From: a virus
Taxonomy: Duplodnaviria; Caudoviricetes
Length of the DNA stretch: 24,437 nt
Strand: one strand, 5' to 3'
IMG/VR virus record: IMGVR_UViG_3300028599_000022
Span: 1-24,437 of that record
Shown here in pieces: positions 22,824 to 24,437 of the stretch (the first letter of the stretch is position 1; each line of letters starts with the position of its first letter). The translations under genes and the position numbers were made by a program. Under the pieces are notes generated by a model. The model was given only the letters and a program-made list of their open reading frames with translations. It was not told the origin of the DNA and did not search any database.

Positions 22824-24437
22824 CTACCGACTGACCCGCTCCGTGGCGATGAGGACATTGCGTACCCACATCTCGAGCGGCTCGTGATCGGTGCTCCTCA
22901 ACACCGCGGTGTAGTAGCCGGTGTACAGGGTTTCCATGGTCACGCCCATGCCGGACGGGAACGAGATGATCTGTACCCAGCTAGCGGCATCCGCCGGCGA
23001 GCGAACGTAGACATCAACCATCCCGGTAAGCGGGCGGTTTCCACGATCAGGCGGAACGTTCCGGCCGGTCGCCTCACCTGCCGCGTAGATGGCTGCCGCC
23101 TCCTCCTTGGCTGCGTCGTCCCAGCGCTGAACGACGGTAACGCGGATCCATTCATCGGCTGGATACACCCAGCATGACTCTCCCGGCATGCTGGGCACAC
23201 CGTTGGCGCGCACGTACATGCCACGAAGCGTGCCCACGCCACGCGGGAACTGTAGATCCACCGCCAACCTGGCCGGCTCGTGTAGCAGGCAGCTGGTATC
23301 GCCGCCCGGCTGATAATCCCAGTTGTAGATATTGCCGTCCGGTGCGTTGAACACCATGTTCAGGCCGCCGCACTCGCCGTAGGTCGTCAGGTACTCGCCA
23401 TTGCGCACAGCGAGCTCGTTCGAGCCGCAGCTATTGGTGCGCCAGTGGATGCTCTGCTTCGCCTGTCCTGGCGACGGATCCTCGGCCAGGTACTTGGCGC
23501 TCAGTCGGATGTCGTACTGCGCCCAGACCTGATCGTGCGGCGTGCCGGCACCGACCGGCTCGTGGTCGACTCGCATCCAGCCCGCGGAGCTACCGCTTGG
23601 TTGCGGCATCGGCAGATTCCGCGCCACGGTCAGCCTGGCAGCATTGTGTACCGGATCGTACACCGCCGGGATGGTGGCGTATCCGGGCTCATAGTACGCC
23701 GCTACCTGCTCGGGAGAATCGAATGCCACGCACTCGATCACGCCATCCTGTGCGCAGCGTGCCGCCCAGGTCTCGTCAACTGGCGGCTCGACCGGCGGCT
23801 CGACAGGAGGCTCGACGATGCCATTCCGCGCCGGCAGCCTCATGGCGTAGACGTGACCCATATTCGGCCAGTTCGACTCGTGCCTGTCATTGGTTCCGGT
23901 GTGATTCAGCACCAGGGCGACCTCGATGTACTCGTCGGTCTCGCTGTAGAACCGCGCCACCCGCATCCGGCTGTGGGCACCGTTGCGGTTGTGTCCAGCG
24001 TCGACCGGACCGCCGTCGCTCAGCTTGTTCCAGATGGCCGTGGTGAAGTTTCGCGAGCCGTCCTGTGGGATCTGGATGCAGTACTCCCATAGCTCGTTAC
24101 GCGCGTCCCAGGTCTCGTAATAGATGAGGCAGGACTGCGTCTCGTCCGAACGGAGGTCTGAGTGTTGCCAGCCGTGGAACCTGTAGGTTTTTTCTGGCCC
24201 ACCTTCGGCCGTGAGGTTCTGATAGCCGTTCTCCGGATTCTGCGGGTCATACACTGTCACGTAACCGTATGGCCCACGAAGGCCGAAATTCGAGATAGCC
24301 ACCAGGTCGATGTCGGGCGCATGCTCGAGCATCTCGTAGTTGAATCCGCTCCGAGGCGCCTCGCCGTTGTCCGTCCAGGTGCCGAGATAGCCTTCGGCGT
24401 CTGGCGTGCCATCGCCAGGATCGAAGGACCAGAGCCG
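22824..24437 (-). CDS. 3' part of the 862-aa exported protein (end of propeller, VEPP linker, lectin/lyase-like jelly-roll domain)
   Basis: Open from the window edge; VEPPVEPPVEPPVDE linker (three 12-bp units, 23782-23816); RCAQDGVIECVAFD...VWAQYDIRL...DEWIRV...MWVRNVLIATERV. Confidence 0.88.
   Translation of the reverse strand, partial: RLWSFDPGDGTPDAEGYLGTWTDNGEAPRSGFNYEMLEHAPDIDLVAISNFGLRGPYGYVTVYDPQNPENGYQNLTAEGGPEKTYRFHGWQHSDLRSDETQSCLIYYETWDARNELWEYCIQIPQDGSRNFTTAIWNKLSDGGPVDAGHNRNGAHSRMRVARFYSETDEYIEVALVLNHTGTNDRHESNWPNMGHVYAMRLPARNGIVEPPVEPPVEPPVDETWAARCAQDGVIECVAFDSPEQVAAYYEPGYATIPAVYDPVHNAARLTVARNLPMPQPSGSSAGWMRVDHEPVGAGTPHDQVWAQYDIRLSAKYLAEDPSPGQAKQSIHWRTNSCGSNELAVRNGEYLTTYGECGGLNMVFNAPDGNIYNWDYQPGGDTSCLLHEPARLAVDLQFPRGVGTLRGMYVRANGVPSMPGESCWVYPADEWIRVTVVQRWDDAAKEEAAAIYAAGEATGRNVPPDRGNRPLTGMVDVYVRSPADAASWVQIISFPSGMGVTMETLYTGYYTAVLRSTDHEPLEMWVRNVLIATERVSR
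24165..24437 (+). repeat. Terminal overlap, right copy
   Basis: TTGCCAGCCGTGGAACC... starts at 24165 and aligns to 1-273 (262/273 identical). Confidence 0.97.

Larger units (their letters stand above)
1..24437. mobile_element. Apparently complete small siphophage genome (lambda/Gifsy-2-like morphogenesis module), circular assembly, unit length about 24,164 bp
   Basis: Ordered terS-terL-gpW-portal-protease/capsid-head-tail-tube-TMP-tip genes, a replication module, no host housekeeping genes, and a 273-bp end overlap with an ORF continuing in frame across it. Confidence 0.93.

Noticed and set aside
24165-24437. Physical direct terminal repeat or att site
   Set aside because: Falls mid-gene, is imperfect, and the gpA-type terminase with a cos-like site predicts cohesive ends elsewhere; no integrase or host flank.

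Overview
The window appears to be the whole genome of a small (about 24,164 bp unit length), GC-rich, lambda/Gifsy-2-like siphophage. Bases 1-273 recur at 24165-24437 with 11 mismatches, and one reading frame runs across the join, so the contig is circular. The long minus-strand arm runs: Cro-like HTH, Zn-finger/AAA_25 helicase with a GGGACA iteron origin, C5-methyltransferase-like gene, RusA, promoter plus terminator, candidate cos site, TerS, TerL (gpA), gpW, lambda-type portal, fused prohead protease-major capsid, head-tail and tail genes, a very short tape measure, tail-tip/fibre genes, a spanin-like pair, an 862-aa exported protein and a holin-like protein. Two short plus-strand units hold an SSB-like gene behind a structured leader, and an RHH-flanked operon of small, partly very acidic proteins. 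I could not recognise an integrase, CI repressor, Q antiterminator, tail assembly chaperone or endolysin. The most notable observations are: (1) a 34-bp palindromic bidirectional sigma70 promoter feeding an RNA leader with two hairpins whose 6-nt loops are perfectly complementary (kissing loop), plus an anti-SD, upstream of the SSB-like gene; (2) a lysis region with a large exported propeller/jelly-roll protein and no visible endolysin; (3) a methyltransferase carrying three copies of its C-terminal module. All family calls come from motif recognition by eye; no database search was run.
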